From Thelocarpon superellum (lineage: Eukaryota): DNA of 38,106 bases. The stretch is taken from assembly GCA_026025795.1 (NCBI GenBank), contig JAPEUG010000141.1:1-38106 (forward strand), read 5' to 3'. Positions 22,363 through 34,206 of the stretch are shown here, piece by piece. The position numbers and the translations under genes were made by a program. Positions within the stretch are counted from its first letter, which is position 1. Each line of letters starts with the position of its first letter. The notes beneath the pieces are model-generated. The model ran no database searches and had not been told where the DNA came from. It saw only the letters and a list, made by a program, of their open reading frames with translations.

Positions 22363-24150
22363 CGTGACCAGCGATCGCTACCGCCGCTGAGCAAGCAGGG
22401 GCAGCGATGCCAGGGGACAATGCAGACCCGCGCTCACGGGTCCAGGATGAGATGTGGAAGACACATCGCTTCCCAGATAGACAGCCCGCCAACGCAGACC
22501 AATGTTGATGGCGGAGGGCGCATAATCAGGAATCGGTTCCCTACTACCTGCTACACTAGCTAACATAGTAGGGAAACCATGGTCAAAGGTCGGTTGCTGA
22601 CCTCACCAAGCGCCGCTTATGCCGCGAAATACTCGTTCGTTACCAGTACGGCAAGCATGACCATTCACATCCCTGGAAGAGGGGCCACGGCACGTGAATC
22701 TGGCGTGCCGGGAACACGAGTAACACACTATGTTATTGGTATCAGGCGCGGAAGCAACCATGTGGTAACGTGACGGAGCGCCTCGTTTGGGATAATTCAG
22801 CCTGGGCATTTCGCTAGGGGCTGTGGCAAGTAATCGCCGCCGTGGTAGACATTTGCACGTCGAATTCGGCATCGGTCGGCTTATCGAAAGGGCTCTTGAC
22901 CGGTCGCCAGGCCCTGGTAGGGACCTTCGCAGGGTCTGCATGTAATCAAAAGGGTTTGACCGGATTCCTACCGTCATCTATCCCGACTACTTCGTAGATG
23001 CGTACCTGTCTACAAGGACGTGTTCCAGCGAAGTATCACGTCATCCACCTCCTCAATCTGCCTCTCTACACCGCCTTCGCGAGGCAAACTGGCCGAGAGC
23101 AAGTCGTTGAGGCCCACTGTCGCCGCGCCTCGACTGACGGTCTCTCACCCATCCCACGCATGCTGCCTACTTTGCAGCCTTATGATTGCGCCACAGTCTG
23201 CATCGTGTCGTCACGAAAGCAGTGTGCTGAGCCACGACCTCATCTGCCGGACGCCCATGAAGACGATGTAAAACACCGACTGCGCCACAGGGGAAGCGCA
23301 AGGCTGTCTGCCGCATCATTGGCGAAAGCAGAAGACAAACAAATTGCCGTGCTCTGCGGATTCAAAGGCAACCTCGGCCCTGAATGTTTCCCCAGGTTCG
23401 ACCTCGCTGCTTGACTAAAGCAATGTAATGTGCAGTCCACGGCGCGCGTGACTTCCTGAGAGATCAGGCCGGCATTACTCGTGTAGACCCAGCTGGTCTC
23501 TCAACGCCGTTCGGCTCTCCTTACTCTCGCGCTGCATTTCGACCGGTCTGCTCTCTAGCAGCCGGTGAAGATGAAAGTCGGATTGCCGGTCGTGTCAGGC
23601 GACTGAGGCCGCTAATGGACAGCCGCCCTACGCTTCACTCTCCCCTTTGGTCGCCTTACCAAACCAACGACCGTTCACGAACCATGGCTGTGCATTTTCT
23701 CAAGTAGTGTAGCGGTCCTTGCGCTACAAGTCTTCCCACTCTCAAGGACTCTGGTAGGCAGCCAGCCGCCGGTGGCCATGAGAAAAGCCTGTCGGAAATC
23801 CAGTGCGGACATGGTCTTCTGAAGCTAGGTCTGCGCCGCCCTTCGACAGTGATACGGGACCTGGTGGAAGCTGCCTTATTCCGCCCTGTCCTGGCCATGA
23901 TGGTTCGCCTCTGTTGGACCGTTGCCCCGATGGCCTTGTCTGCCTACATTCAATCTCTGCTGTGAAGATGCCATCTGATCCTGTCCTCGGCGGTGCGTCT
24001 CAGCACATAAAACCTGACCAGATCCTCGACTCTCCCTCCCTCTCGCCCCAAGAACTCTCCACGAAGTAGGCCGCTCTTCCGTGCACAGCAAAACTCCTAC
24101 CGTGCGTCGTCTCCTCACCTCTCGAAGTTCATCGTACGCCACTTCGCACC

Positions 24151-24510
24151 ATGGCTTGCTTCCGATACTGTCCCAACTATCCCTTGGGCTGCCCCGTCCA
24201 AACACTCGAGCCGCAATGTCTCCGATGCGGGGCAAACACGTTCCCTTTGCCGTCCGCGAAGTCATGCTCGAACCAGTCAGAAGCAGGGCGTTGGCCAGAA
24301 CGGACTGAAGGTCGCGCCTCGAACTCTTCACGCACTACCGCGCGTGCTGGGTCTAGGCGACAGCACCAACCGAATGTTGATCAACAGGAGGGCGAAGGTC
24401 GCCTGTATTGGCAATGCCACGAATGCCACGAGTGGGGAATGAGCGTCAAGCTTGTCACCAGATGCTTGAAATGCGAGCACGACATGTGTGGCATGTGTTA
24501 CTTCGAATAG
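24151..24510 (+). CDS. Small (119 aa) Cys/His-rich putative zinc-binding protein of unknown function
   Basis: Strong start context CACCATGG, upstream CATAAAA (24006) and a CT-rich tract. C-terminal W-x-CxxC..CxxCxHxxCxxC cluster and N-terminal C-x6-C..CxxC. Confidence 0.65.
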   Translation: MACFRYCPNYPLGCPVQTLEPQCLRCGANTFPLPSAKSCSNQSEAGRWPERTEGRASNSSRTTARAGSRRQHQPNVDQQEGEGRLYWQCHECHEWGMSVKLVTRCLKCEHDMCGMCYFE

Positions 24511-25099
24511 TAGGTCATGGAAGGCCTGCTCCCTTGTCAGTTTGTTCAGTTCTTCTAGCCTCCTACCACATGAACTGGATCACTTCCACTCATGAATTCC
24601 AGGCCTCAGTCGACGTTCACGTTTGTTCTAGACGCCCTTCAGTTCTGTGTTGCTCTCTCATCGACTGATCTCGGCGGAAGTTGTCCCTTTCCAACAGTTT
24701 GGATCAGCGTTGTCGTGGTTAGGTTTGTATGTTCCTTCGCTCCGCATTATAGATTGCCTGAGGTTTCCGAATCATATCCGTTACGACGTCGTGGTCCTTC
24801 TTGATGTGGTTCTCCTTTGTATAAGCTAGACTGCCTTGATTTTGCAGCTGCATCTATCTCTCGCATTCATCATGACCACAAGAAATTACCAGCTTCCACC
24901 CGTAGTGGTTTCTCGCATAGGCGGAATGTATAGGTCTCGCCCGTAAGGTCGATGGCGAGTACATTTCATCTCAGAAGTAGCCGGTTCGAAACTTCGGCTG
25001 GAGCTTCAATCAATGTTGCCCGTCTCAACAGACTGTTTTGGTTCAACCTGATCTACTTCCCTTCCTCGCTAGATGCATCAAGGTACCCCGGGTCCGTCT

Positions 25100-26683
25100 T
25101 CAAGCTGCCGAGGTGTCAAATACAAGTGATACGCCGCTACGATGTCACATGGTCAGCCGCATGTCCATCGAGAAGAGAAGACTCTCCTATCCGGACCGCA
25201 CTTACTCATCTCCGGCGGTCACGATTCGCCCCACGCCGCCACCTTGGACGAAGCCGAGCACGCCACCGCCCTCTCCACCTCCCCGGTGGCCCTTCCACTC
25301 TTTGATCAGACCATGATTGGCAGCGGCCGTACCGCCTCTCGTGTCCCACCGACGAACGACGCCATCCATGCCTGAGCTAGTCAAGAGCCATCCGCCGGTC
25401 CGCGGCTCGTCCACGAAATCGAGCTTCACCACGGCAAACTCCTCATGTGCCTCGCCGATCTGACGCCGAACGGCAAACCGGCGAGCGGTGTCAAAGAGGG
25501 TGATGGAGCCGTCTACCGATCCCGCGGCCAGAAGGGTCAAGGGTGCGGGGGAGAAGGAGAGCGTCTCAATCCCATCGGCTTGGGCTTGGAGTGACGCGAG
25601 AATCTGGCCTGCCTGGCCGGCACCGGCACCAGCACCAGCACTGGCTGCCGCCCGAGCCCCTGCTGCTCGTCCACCACCTGATCCGCTTCCTGCTCCCAAG
25701 GCATCGCCTCCAATCCGCGGCAAGCCGATGACGCGAATGTTACCGCCGGCACCTCCGATCGCCGCAAAGGCTCCGGTCGGCGCGACGGCGACACTAAACA
25801 GCCCGCCCTCGACGGCAAATCGCTGATCGGTGGCGGTGAGAGCGACGACGGCGGAAGTGCCCGGGCTGGCGACGAGGTCCGCCGCGCTGGCTTCTCCGAA
25901 CACGTCCCAGACCAGGAAGCTTCCATCCTCTGAGACCGTCGCCAGCATCTTTCCGTCCGGCGTCCAAGCGCCGGCGGTACAGCTCTGGGTGTGGAGGTAG
26001 AAGGCTTGGACGATGGTCAAGGGGGAGGTCGTATCCTCGTGGTTGATGGTGTAGACCCACACCGATCCGTCGTTGGCGCCCAGGGCAACGGTGTTGGGGT
26101 AATTCGGATGGGGACAGGAAATCAGCCAGTTGATCTCTTCCACCTCCTGGTTCTCCCCAATGAGACGCCAGGATCTCCCATCGCCGTCGCCGGAGCGGTC
26201 ACCATGGGCCCGTAACCGTCCGTCGAGCCCGGCAGACACGACATATTGCCCTCGTGGTAGAGTAAAGGTCACGGCAATGACCGAGTCGGCGTGGCCATCA
26301 AGCTTGTACAAGGGCGCGAGGGAGTCACGTTCCGCGGGCAGCGGTGTGTTTTGGTAGGATGGGGGCAAAACGGGGCCACTTAATGGTGTACTATCAAAGA
26401 TATACCCAACATCATCACCGCCGCCGGTGGCGATGATCTCAGGATGAATGGGATGCTGCGCGATGCAGAAGATGCTATCTTGATGGGCGTCAAAGTGAGC
26501 TACGCTGTCGTTCTGCAGGGTGATGACAGGGTCGGCGTCGACTTCATGCAGCGCCGCCTCCTCCGAGCCAGCTGAGCCCATTGGCTCGTCCGGGTCGGAG
26601 GCAATCTCTTCAGCGACTTCGGCTGGATTGATCATGGCATCAGGCTCCTCATCCTCGAAGTCTTGCGGAGTGGAGCTCGTCAT
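25100..26683 (-). CDS. SQT1: WD40 ribosome assembly factor Sqt1 (uL16/Rpl10 chaperone)
   Basis: Acidic N-terminus, then LQNDSVAHFDAHQDSIFCIAQHP..ATGGGDD, EVEEINW..HP, ALGANDGSVW and several WD repeats. Final intron 25137..25205 gives ..TAGD-DGVSLVFDTSAA*. ATG at 26683. Confidence 0.88.
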
Positions 26684-27038
26684 GGCAGGTCTCGGAGCAC
26701 CCAGAGTCAGGACAGGGTCCGAGCAGGTACGTGAGGTGGCAAGCGCTGGGACAAGCGGCCTGGGAGTGACAGAACGAGCAGGCAAACGGCTTCCCGGGAT
26801 AATCGTCCTGCACGACGATATGTTTCCTGTCGCGCCGCTTATGAATGTGATATGTTTTTCGATAGCTACCTGGCTTTAATGGACGCCTAGCTTCTCTAGA
26901 GGGCGAGGCGGCTGAGGTGGGGCGGATCGCGGGGCGATTGACACTTATGTAAGAATCGCGGTCTCAAACCCCGGCGCGCCTCTCTGGAAAGCTTCTCAGG
27001 CTCCACAGGAATGATCCGGCCGGGCACTGCTGTCGACA

Positions 27039-29132
27039 ATGCATATGGGCCCTTCCAATGCTCCTCATGTCACGCTCGCCGAGTCCTCGTCTTCCGAACG
27101 GTTTGTGCTCTCGTCGTCCCTGGATTCCAACGATGGCTCGAGCCGTCGGCCGAGTCGATCGCGCTTTACCTATCGACAGCTGGCCCAGCTCGGCGCATCT
27201 CAGACCTCGTGCCCGCTACGCGTCATTGCCCTGATCGACATGGATTGCTTCTACGCGCAATGTGAGCAGATTCGCCTGGGCTTGCCCGAGGACCAGCCGC
27301 TGGCGGTGCAGCAATGGCAAGGCCTCATTGCCATCAACTACCCCGCGCGCGCGTTCGGCTTGAGTCGGCACATCGACATCGCCGAGGCTAAGAAGCTTTG
27401 TCCGGAGCTCATCATGCAGCATGTGGCAACGTGGAAGGAGGGAGAAGACAAGTGGGCGTACCACGACGACGCCTCCGCACATCTAGCCACGCACAAAGTC
27501 TCGCTTGACCCCTATCGATTACAGTCCCGGAAGATCTTGGCCATGATCAAGGACACCCTGCCCCCATCGCCCATGCAGCGCGTTGAGAAGGCCAGTATCG
27601 ATGAGGTCTTCTTGGATCTCTCGGCCCAAGTCCACGCCATCCTGCTCCAACGATATCCCGAGTTAATGGCACCGGCCCCCTATGATGATCCCACCGAGGC
27701 TCTTCCCCGGCCGCCCACAACGGCCTTGGATTGGAATACGGACGCTTTGGTCGACCTGGACGACAAGGAGAGCGAGCACGACGATCCGGACTGGGACGAT
27801 ATCGCGATGCTCATCGGGTCGGAAATCGTGCGCTCGGTCCGGGCGGCGGTTCGGACGCAGCTCCAGTATACTTGCTCTGCGGGTATCGCGCAGAACAAGA
27901 TGCTCGCGAAACTGGGCGCCGGTCATCGCAAGCCCAATCAGCAGACGATCGTGCGGAATCGTGCGATTCAGCAGTTCCTGTCGGGCTTCAAGTTCACCAA
28001 AATTCGCAATTTAGGCGGGAAGCTTGGGGATCAGCTCGTTGCCAGCTGCCACACCGATGCCGTCCGAGACTTGCTCGAGGTGCCCTTGGACCGACTGAAG
28101 CAGTTGCTGGGCGAGGACACGGCCACGTGGGTCCACCATGTCATTCGGGGCATCGACCTGAGCGAGGTGAGCGCGCGCACGCAGATCAAGTCCATGTTAT
28201 CGGCCAAATCCTTTCGCCCAACCATCGCCACCGACGAGCAAGCGGTGCGGTGGATCCGCATTTTCGTCGCCGACATCTTCTCGCGGCTAGTGGAGGAAGG
28301 GGTGTTGGAGCACAAGCGACGACCCAAGACCATCAATCTCCACTATCGACACAGCGGCCAGACGCGCTCGCGACAAGGTCCCATCCCCCACGGACGCCCC
28401 ATCGACGAGGCGATGCTCTTCGACCTGGCCGTGTCCCTGCTCCGCCAGATTATCGCCGAAGGACATGTCTGGCCCTGTGCCAACCTCAGCCTCAGCGTGG
28501 GGGGCTTTGAGGACGGCGTCGTCGGCACCCAGGGCATTGGATCCTTTCTGGTGAAAGGAGATGAAGCAATCAGCATGCTCGCCGCCTCACGTCATGACGA
28601 GCCCGGCCTCTCCGATCCCATTGAATCGCACAAGAGGAGGCGCCTCGACCATGGCGGCATCCAACGATTCTTGGTCCAACAAAGCGAGAGCGTCGAACCA
28701 GCGGATGAGGACCCTAGTGTCGTACTCGGCGTTGAGACCGACCCAGCCGGAGCGCCAGGCGGCCCGCCCCCACGGGAGGACGGGGGTGAACGTCTGCACG
28801 TCCGACCGGCTGACCCCCTTTTGACGCGTCAACCGTCCATCACGTCCTACTTCTGCGACCAATGTAAGCGGTCCATTGGAGCGGCGGATAAGGAAGAACA
28901 CGACGATTGGCACTTCGCCAAAGATCTCCAAAAGAAGGAACGAACGACTGTCCATGCCGCTGGCGCCATGTCGCACTCTTCCTTGACCAATGCCCGACCC
29001 AAGAGCAAGGCTGACAGCGTTGGCCACGGCCGAGGTGAAGCGTCCAAGAAGGCCAAGATCTTGAGCTCGAGCACGGCTCTTCCGTCGGGACGGGTGGAGA
29101 AGGGGCAACGGAAATTGGCGTTTGGGCGTTGA
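27039..29132 (+). CDS. RAD30: Y-family translesion DNA polymerase eta
   Basis: Intronless 697-aa ORF with catalytic IDMDCFYAQCE and ASIDEVF motifs, AGIAQNKMLAKL, IKSMLSAKSF, UBZ finger CDQC..EHDDWH, and a C-terminal PIP-like QRKLAF. Confidence 0.95.
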   Translation: MHMGPSNAPHVTLAESSSSERFVLSSSLDSNDGSSRRPSRSRFTYRQLAQLGASQTSCPLRVIALIDMDCFYAQCEQIRLGLPEDQPLAVQQWQGLIAINYPARAFGLSRHIDIAEAKKLCPELIMQHVATWKEGEDKWAYHDDASAHLATHKVSLDPYRLQSRKILAMIKDTLPPSPMQRVEKASIDEVFLDLSAQVHAILLQRYPELMAPAPYDDPTEALPRPPTTALDWNTDALVDLDDKESEHDDPDWDDIAMLIGSEIVRSVRAAVRTQLQYTCSAGIAQNKMLAKLGAGHRKPNQQTIVRNRAIQQFLSGFKFTKIRNLGGKLGDQLVASCHTDAVRDLLEVPLDRLKQLLGEDTATWVHHVIRGIDLSEVSARTQIKSMLSAKSFRPTIATDEQAVRWIRIFVADIFSRLVEEGVLEHKRRPKTINLHYRHSGQTRSRQGPIPHGRPIDEAMLFDLAVSLLRQIIAEGHVWPCANLSLSVGGFEDGVVGTQGIGSFLVKGDEAISMLAASRHDEPGLSDPIESHKRRRLDHGGIQRFLVQQSESVEPADEDPSVVLGVETDPAGAPGGPPPREDGGERLHVRPADPLLTRQPSITSYFCDQCKRSIGAADKEEHDDWHFAKDLQKKERTTVHAAGAMSHSSLTNARPKSKADSVGHGRGEASKKAKILSSSTALPSGRVEKGQRKLAFGR

Positions 29133-30806
29133 ACCGAACCTGCACATTGATTACTAGCTTAGGACGGGCACAGCAGGGCGTTTGAAGATTGGATGCATGG
29201 AGCGAGAGGTGAATGTTTGGCGTTGGTCGGTGGGTTGATGGAGACCGGCGAGCATAGTTACGTCGCTACAATCAGGACATGGTCGTCCAGGATTCGCTCC
29301 ATCGATGCAGGCCTGCCTGACTGCAGGTACTCGTGTTGCCTCAACAGCGAACAAGTTTAAGTGTCTGACCCGTATCTCTGTCGTGGAGGCGCCTCGATTC
29401 ATGCCTTTTACGACAGGTCGCGACATGCCGCGGGGCTCGGGAGGTGGCGGATTATCTCCCTAATCGCGGCCAGTGAACGAGCCCCGGGCACTTTGAGGCA
29501 GAGATCTCCATGTCTTGATATGTCACCCGGCATCTACAGCGGCATGGACCAATGACGCCGAATGTTCGGTCGCATCCGCATCTGCCCGAAAGGATTTTGG
29601 CTTTGGTGGGCGCGCCAGTTGACGTTGGCGCCGGCAGCTGGAAGAAAGGGAGTACCTGCCACAAAGTACGAAGTATCTCGCTCCCCCGCGGTCGCAGCTG
29701 CCTGAATCACGCGAAAAATTACCGGAGTCGCAACCCAACCCAACGCATTGATGCCCGAGACCTCGCGCCGCTCGCTGCGATAGGTCGACCATCCGTGGTC
29801 CCGCACGGGGGATCTGCCATCGCTCACCGGTCTCTGCCTGCCACGACTCCGAGCGGAGTGCGGCCGCAGTCACCTTGCGCAGTCATCATGACGGGTGTAG
29901 TCGCCTGGCCAGGTGGCCAAGGAGCCGGCGCTCGCGTTGCAGACGGGCCGGCTGCCGAACGCACATCGTCAAAAGCCGCTCGCCACGTGAGGCTTTTGGA
30001 ATGCGGGCGTGGCAATCGAGGAAACGGGGCCGGGTGCTGCCGTTTCTGGCAGATACACCTGCCACTTGGGTGGACAAGTATACGTAAGGAGAACCAGACC
30101 CGTCAGTCATTGGGCTCAGTCAGCGGTTGAGGGAGTAAAAGCGCGTGCGGTCTGACCCAGTGCAACTGCTGTCGGTCACTGCCCCATATAGAATGATTCC
30201 ACTTACCGTTCCATGGTAAATCCGTCGCGACCGCGGTCGCGATCGGATCCACCGGCACCGTGGGCCTCGCATCCACCGCCGATCGAGAGTACCCGTCCCC
30301 CGTAGTTCGCGGGCGGAGCCGCATCTCGGCCGTGGCTTTCCGAGTCATCAGCGTCCGAAGATGTCATCCAGTGGAGCCACAGGCGAATCAGGCCGACTCC
30401 ATCATGCGGGCCTCAAAGGCTACTTCCTGGTACGTGCTACTACGGCATCTGCAGCGTCGCTTCCACTTGGCTCGAATCTAGAGGCTCTCGTTGATTGATC
30501 GCGATCCTCCCCGACAGCGACCCATCTATACCCAATCAAGCTAGCAAAACGCATGCCTGCACCTCTGCAGGTCTCGCTGGCCGCGCTGGCCTGCGCGAGC
30601 CCAAACGTTGACAGCGTACAAGGGCTCCTGTCCTCAGCTGCCACCGCCACCTCCGAACCGCGGATGCCCCCTCCACCCTCGCCAAGATCAGGCTCCCCTC
30701 CCCCTCCCCCCGATTCCCCCGTCTTCCCTCCCCCCCGGGCCCCCCAAACCCCCATCCCGTCTCCCTTGTAGCCTACCCCGTCTGCCAACCGGTGACTCCC
30801 GCCCAC

Positions 30807-30815
30807 CATATATAG
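30807..30815 (+). promoter_or_regulatory. Candidate TATA element upstream of rfeG
   Basis: CATATATAG between C-rich and CT-rich tracts, about 400 bp upstream of the ATG at 31216. Position and sequence only. Confidence 0.35.
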
Positions 30816-31090
30816 GGAGCAGTGGTCCCCTCGACCGATGTAGCCCTGCGCAAGAATCTCTGCCTCCCTCAGGATTTCTTTCTCCCGCCACTCCCAGCCG
30901 GTCTCCTGCCGACTGCGTGCAAGCCTGGTCTCGGCGCGTAGCCTTGTGAAGCACTTCCTGCCCGCGATTCGTTTGGTGGGGATTCATCCAGCCGCCACCA
31001 CCCTCGCGCGTGTGTCTTGGACCTGGAACCCGTGACCGGTGGTAGCAGCGTCGGGCCTGCTACTCTCTCCGAATCCGCCGGTGAAGCGGT

Positions 31091-31138
31091 CGCTGGACCG
31101 TGAGGAGTTCGGACCGCTGGACCGTGAGGAACTCGGAT
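31091..31138. repeat. 24-bp tandem duplication in the rfeG leader
   Basis: cgctggaccgtgaggagttcggac / cgctggaccgtgaggaactcggat. Confidence 0.85.
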
Positions 31139-31215
31139 CACTGCCCCGCGCTTTGCCACACCGGACGTGGACTCTCTGCTGCTCCTGCCGCTACTTCACT
31201 CCATCCGACGCAAGG

Positions 31216-32219
31216 ATGTCTAGACAGAACGCCTACTTCTTACCGGGCGAGGGCATCGCTCGTGAGGTCATCACCGCGGACATTTGTCGCTACCTTGGCA
31301 ATAATGCCCTCGTCAAGCCGGCCGTCCATGAGGTTCGCCCGTCCTCATACCAGCCTCGGCCTCGGCCTCGTCGCCTACTGACTGGAACAGGGAGTACACG
31401 GGTTCACCATCACGGCCTATCGTGCCCTCACCGCGGTACGTGTGGTCGAAGCGTCCCGTCTCGCTCCGTCTCGTCGCGTCCGGCCCTCGGTCGTGCGTAT
31501 CGCGACGCTGATGCTAACGGTACCCGTCGCAGGACATGATCGCCGATCTGAAATCAGATTCCGCCAACTGGCGAAGCGAAAGAAATCTGGCTCTCTCCTC
31601 GCGCAATGGAGCAGGTAGACCTGACCGTGCTGCCGAGACCCGTGGCAGTCCTGACGTCCCTTCAGTGCCTTACTCTGATTCCAAGACGCATCAGCGGAGG
31701 CAGTACTTTGGGCCCACGGAGGCCCAGACTCCCCAACAGGAACCGGCCAACCCGGCCCAGTACCCAGGCCACGGGACGCTGCCTCCGTCGGATCAAAATG
31801 TCCCGTATGGCCCCCACTCGGGCGCGGGCGGCTATAATCCCCAGGAGTCCCCTGCAGGTTATCCACCCAACTGGCAGTACCCTAATACCACGGCCGACTT
31901 CCAGGACGAGCAGTATAGTCACCACATCAACCTGGAGCCGGAAGAGAACCGTAATGTGCCGCGGAATGCCGTCAACGAAGCCGCCTACCCCAATCAGCAG
32001 GCTGGTCCAGACCGTCAGGGCTATCCGCCCCAGGGCTACCCGCCCCAGGGCTATCCGCCCCAGGGCTATCCACCACAGGGCTATCCGCCCCAGGGCTACT
32101 CGTCTCGGCAATCCAATCCTCCACACTTACCCCATGGACAACAATATCCACCACCACGGGAGCCGTATGGTTCACAACGGGAGCCGTACGGTGGCCGTGG
32201 CGATCATTATCGCCGGTGA
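31216..32219 (+). CDS. rfeG: RfeG-family putative transcriptional regulator
   Basis: MSRQNAYFLPGEGIAREVITADICRYLGNNALVKP..-GFTITAYRALT-DMIADLKSDSANW matches the conserved RfeG N-terminal domain as I recall it, followed by a P/Q/Y/G-rich tail. Introns 31333..31390 and 31436..31532. A further terminal intron at 32216 cannot be excluded. Confidence 0.82.
32016..32099 (+). repeat. Coding 15-bp tandem repeat (QGYPP)x5.6
   Basis: CAGGGCTAYCCRCCM units at 32016, 32031, 32046, 32061, 32076 and a partial copy at 32091. Confidence 0.95.
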
Positions 32220-34206
32220 ACATCCATTTCCATGGCCTTGGGTGAAGCAAGCCTTGCTCCCACCAGACTGCTCCTTGGCCCCATTCGAACTGCTGGCCCT
32301 CGAGGAATCCACCTGGATGCCGTCGTGGAGTGCCCGATACCTCTCAACTCATTTTGACCATCTGCACTTTCCTCATCTTATCTCTGTACCCGTGCTCTCT
32401 ACCCTCGCTCGTAACTCTGGTCCTATCCTGTTCCGGAATTCTTCTTGATGGATCGGCTCAAGGTTTATTCCCACTCACCCCGCCTGCGGCTGCGGCTACC
32501 AGAAATGGCCACGCTGTCAGTCCCGCGCGGTCTCCCTCCATCGATCCGGACCATTTGGACATCCCGCCGACTTGGCACCTGACTCGGCCGCCATATCCCT
32601 GCCACAAATACCGTCGGTCCACTGTACTGCGAGACTGGACTCACTCTTCCGGCGGCGACCGTTCATACGGTCCGCCGCTGATAATTTACGCCATGGATGT
32701 GTGACGAATTTCCTTGTTCTTCCCTTCGGTGTCGTATGGTCGTGTTCCGGGAGAACCTAGTTCGCCGTGAAGATGGCCTATGACCTGGAACTACTCCTTT
32801 CAAGGCCTCTCCGATGGACCCGCTCCCAATTTGTTTCTGCGCTTGCCACTAGGCTGGATCCCAATCCTCTTTCCATCCGGCTGTTCCGACCCCTTGGGTA
32901 CTATCCTCCACCGAGTGGTCTGAGTGTCCATGCCGTATGGTCGCATCCCTGGAGTTCAGTGCCATCTGATGTCGGCGCCGGTCTGAATTCTAGACGAGAT
33001 GGTTGGCCTGCGTTCGTCCGGAGGCCGGCAGTAGGGTGGATTTAGTTACGGCCGGTTGGAGGTCTGAGTTGATTTGAGCAGATACGGACTTTTTGTCGCG
33101 CCATCCGTTGTCTCTCTTCGTCCGGATTGTCTGGGTTGGTCTTTCTTTTCGCACAGACGCATGTGTGGGTGTAATTGTCTCATCATCTCGGAACAAGTAT
33201 ACGTCAATTCATCGTCCACCATCCATCATCCTTGGTTCATGGTCCACCGCCACGGTCCTCACACGCCAACAGCTGTCTTCGTAAGCGATACCGGTGGTGG
33301 CGACGCCACCCCATCACGATGGATCCGCCGTCACGGTAATCATATCGTATCTACCATGGCTGCTGCGTTCGACCCACCCGTTCTTGACGAGTGATGCGTA
33401 TATTACAGCGGACCCAAGCTCGTATCGCTTGACGATGGATGGCAGTAGGGCCGCGTACGAATCCACGAATCCCACTTCGTCCATCGACCGATGCCCGTTA
33501 CTTTCCCTTTGCTTGCACTGTGCGCTTGCCGTCCCCGGACCTTATCAGGTCGCCACGTCCGCCTGAACTCATTAGTAATGGCCACGGTGATCACGACGCG
33601 AAATCTGAAGATGAAGTCCGATGGTTTGAGAATGCTGGTGGGATTTTTCATGCTAGCTAATCGTACAGGCCCGCCGGAGTTTTTCCCCCCGCTTTTCCGT
33701 CTCTGTTCCCGTCTACCTGCCAAAGAAAAGAGGCGAGAAGGAAAAAAGACATGGCGTCGCCGCGCCGCTCCAGCTCCAAGAACTTCCGAGTGCCCAATGT
33801 CCACCGCCGAGCTTGCTCAAAGTAGGTACAAGATGAACCAAGAAAGAAAAGAACACTTTCCCGCCAGAGTCGTACAGGGGCATCATCGCCGCCGGCGCTT
33901 GGCCGCCACATTCGTTAGTTACTTACATGCTCAGTCCCCGAGTTCGCCCCAAGAACCATTGCTAGCCGAGGACGAATCTCGGACTGGCGCTGGCTCCACA
34001 CCAAGGCCTCGCCTTGGCTCATCGGGCTGTGCTCGATGGTCCGAATGCTCGTGATCAGCAGAAGAGGGCGGAGCCGCCCCTTCTTCACACGAACACCAGC
34101 AAGGGAGACGTTCTGGCTCATCGAGGGAGCCGCGGGCTCCCTCTCACCGTTGAACAGAGCGAGGAAGGCTCGGGACCAGTTGCGAGGCGCCGAGGCGCCT
34201 CGCAAC

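Noticed and set aside
22998..24069. ORFs 22998..23414 and 23803..24069 as genes or exons of the Cys-rich protein
   Set aside because: No recognisable motifs and no workable splice into the 24151 frame.
26684..26785. N-terminal extension of Sqt1 shown in the ORF track
   Set aside because: It depends on a non-ATG start, and the ATG at 26683 precedes the expected acidic N-terminus.
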